In this document: piece after piece, positions 63,859 through 64,000 of the stretch
How the letters are laid out: each line of letters opens with the position of its first letter
How positions within the stretch are numbered: position 1 is the first letter of the stretch
Assembly (NCBI GenBank): GCA_021817145.1
Contig: JAKAVV010000003.1
Coordinates: forward strand, 78,764 to 142,763
DNA length: 64,000 nucleotides
Reading direction: 5' to 3'
From: a bacterium
Lineage (GTDB): Bacteria; Vulcanimicrobiota; JABDET01
The notes under the pieces: generated by a model
The model's database searches: none
Seen by the model: the letters and a program-made list of their open reading frames with translations, nothing else
Told to the model about the DNA's origin: nothing
Translations under genes and position numbers: made by a program

Positions 63859-64000
63859 TGGCTGCAAAAATGATGGCTCATGATTCAGATGCAAGACAGC
63901 ACATGAAACGAGGGATTGAAGCCCTTGCTAAAGCTGTTCGCACAACTTTAGGTCCAAGAGGCAGAAATGTCGTTCTGGATAAAAAATTTGGTTCCCCCAC
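63859..64000 (+). CDS. groEL: Chaperonin GroEL (Hsp60), 5' end only (truncated by window edge)
   Basis: A GTG start follows AAGGAGGA. The translation (M)[46 protein letters not shown] matches the GroEL N-terminal signature. It is absent from the ORF track because it is truncated. Confidence 0.8.

Overview
This 64 kb window is a dense, mostly chromosomal segment of an AT-rich bacterium. I estimate roughly 40% GC by eye; I did not compute it. Many genes are joined by ATGA/TAATG start-stop overlaps, so the region is organised into tight operons. I found no transposase or integrase, no CRISPR array and no prophage signature.

Housekeeping content I can support:
- An asparagine-synthetase-like amidotransferase, pyrF, pyrE, bioB, a BioF-family enzyme and carA.
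- RNase G, tyrS, a RelA/SpoT enzyme, tandem acyl-CoA dehydrogenases with etfBA, and a class-I aminotransferase.
- A DedA-family membrane protein, groES and the 5' end of groEL behind a CIRCE-like palindrome.
- A tRNA-Trp(CCA) on the minus strand.
- A clear but enlarged RNase P RNA (rnpB) in an otherwise 'empty' intergenic region.

Accessory or less ordinary content:
- A trehalose/alpha-glucan set: TreY, a GH15 glucoamylase/trehalase-like enzyme and a glycogen-synthase-like GT-B enzyme.
- Two adjacent bactofilins, one fused to a zinc ribbon.
- A roughly 11 kb glycan-assembly island (16993-27890). It holds five GT2 domains, three of them fused in one 925-aa polypeptide. It also holds a CgeB-like GT with TPR repeats, two SAM methyltransferases, an FdtA/WxcM-type sugar ketoisomerase, a FemAB/GNAT-like transferase and a GmhB-like phosphatase. 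Two paralogous GT2 genes in it carry a near-identical DNA segment.
- A membrane-anchored ankyrin-repeat protein.
- A PspA module.
- A four-gene operon joining a classic-clade AAA ATPase, RelA/SpoT, a DUF58 protein and a transglutaminase-like membrane protein.
- An operon of FAD-oxidoreductase, secreted protein and membrane GAF-GGDEF cyclase.

The best candidate for an undescribed system is at 51378-58294. It encodes a protein with two tandem MshEN-type (T2SS-E N-terminal, c-di-GMP-binding) domains fused to a CheX-like CheY-P phosphatase domain. A stand-alone CheY receiver follows, translationally coupled to a PilC/GspF platform protein. Behind a consensus sigma70 promoter come two prepilins, a 430-aa Gly/Ser/Asn-rich PilX-like protein and a membrane-anchored pseudokinase with a beta-propeller. 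No assembly ATPase is in the window.
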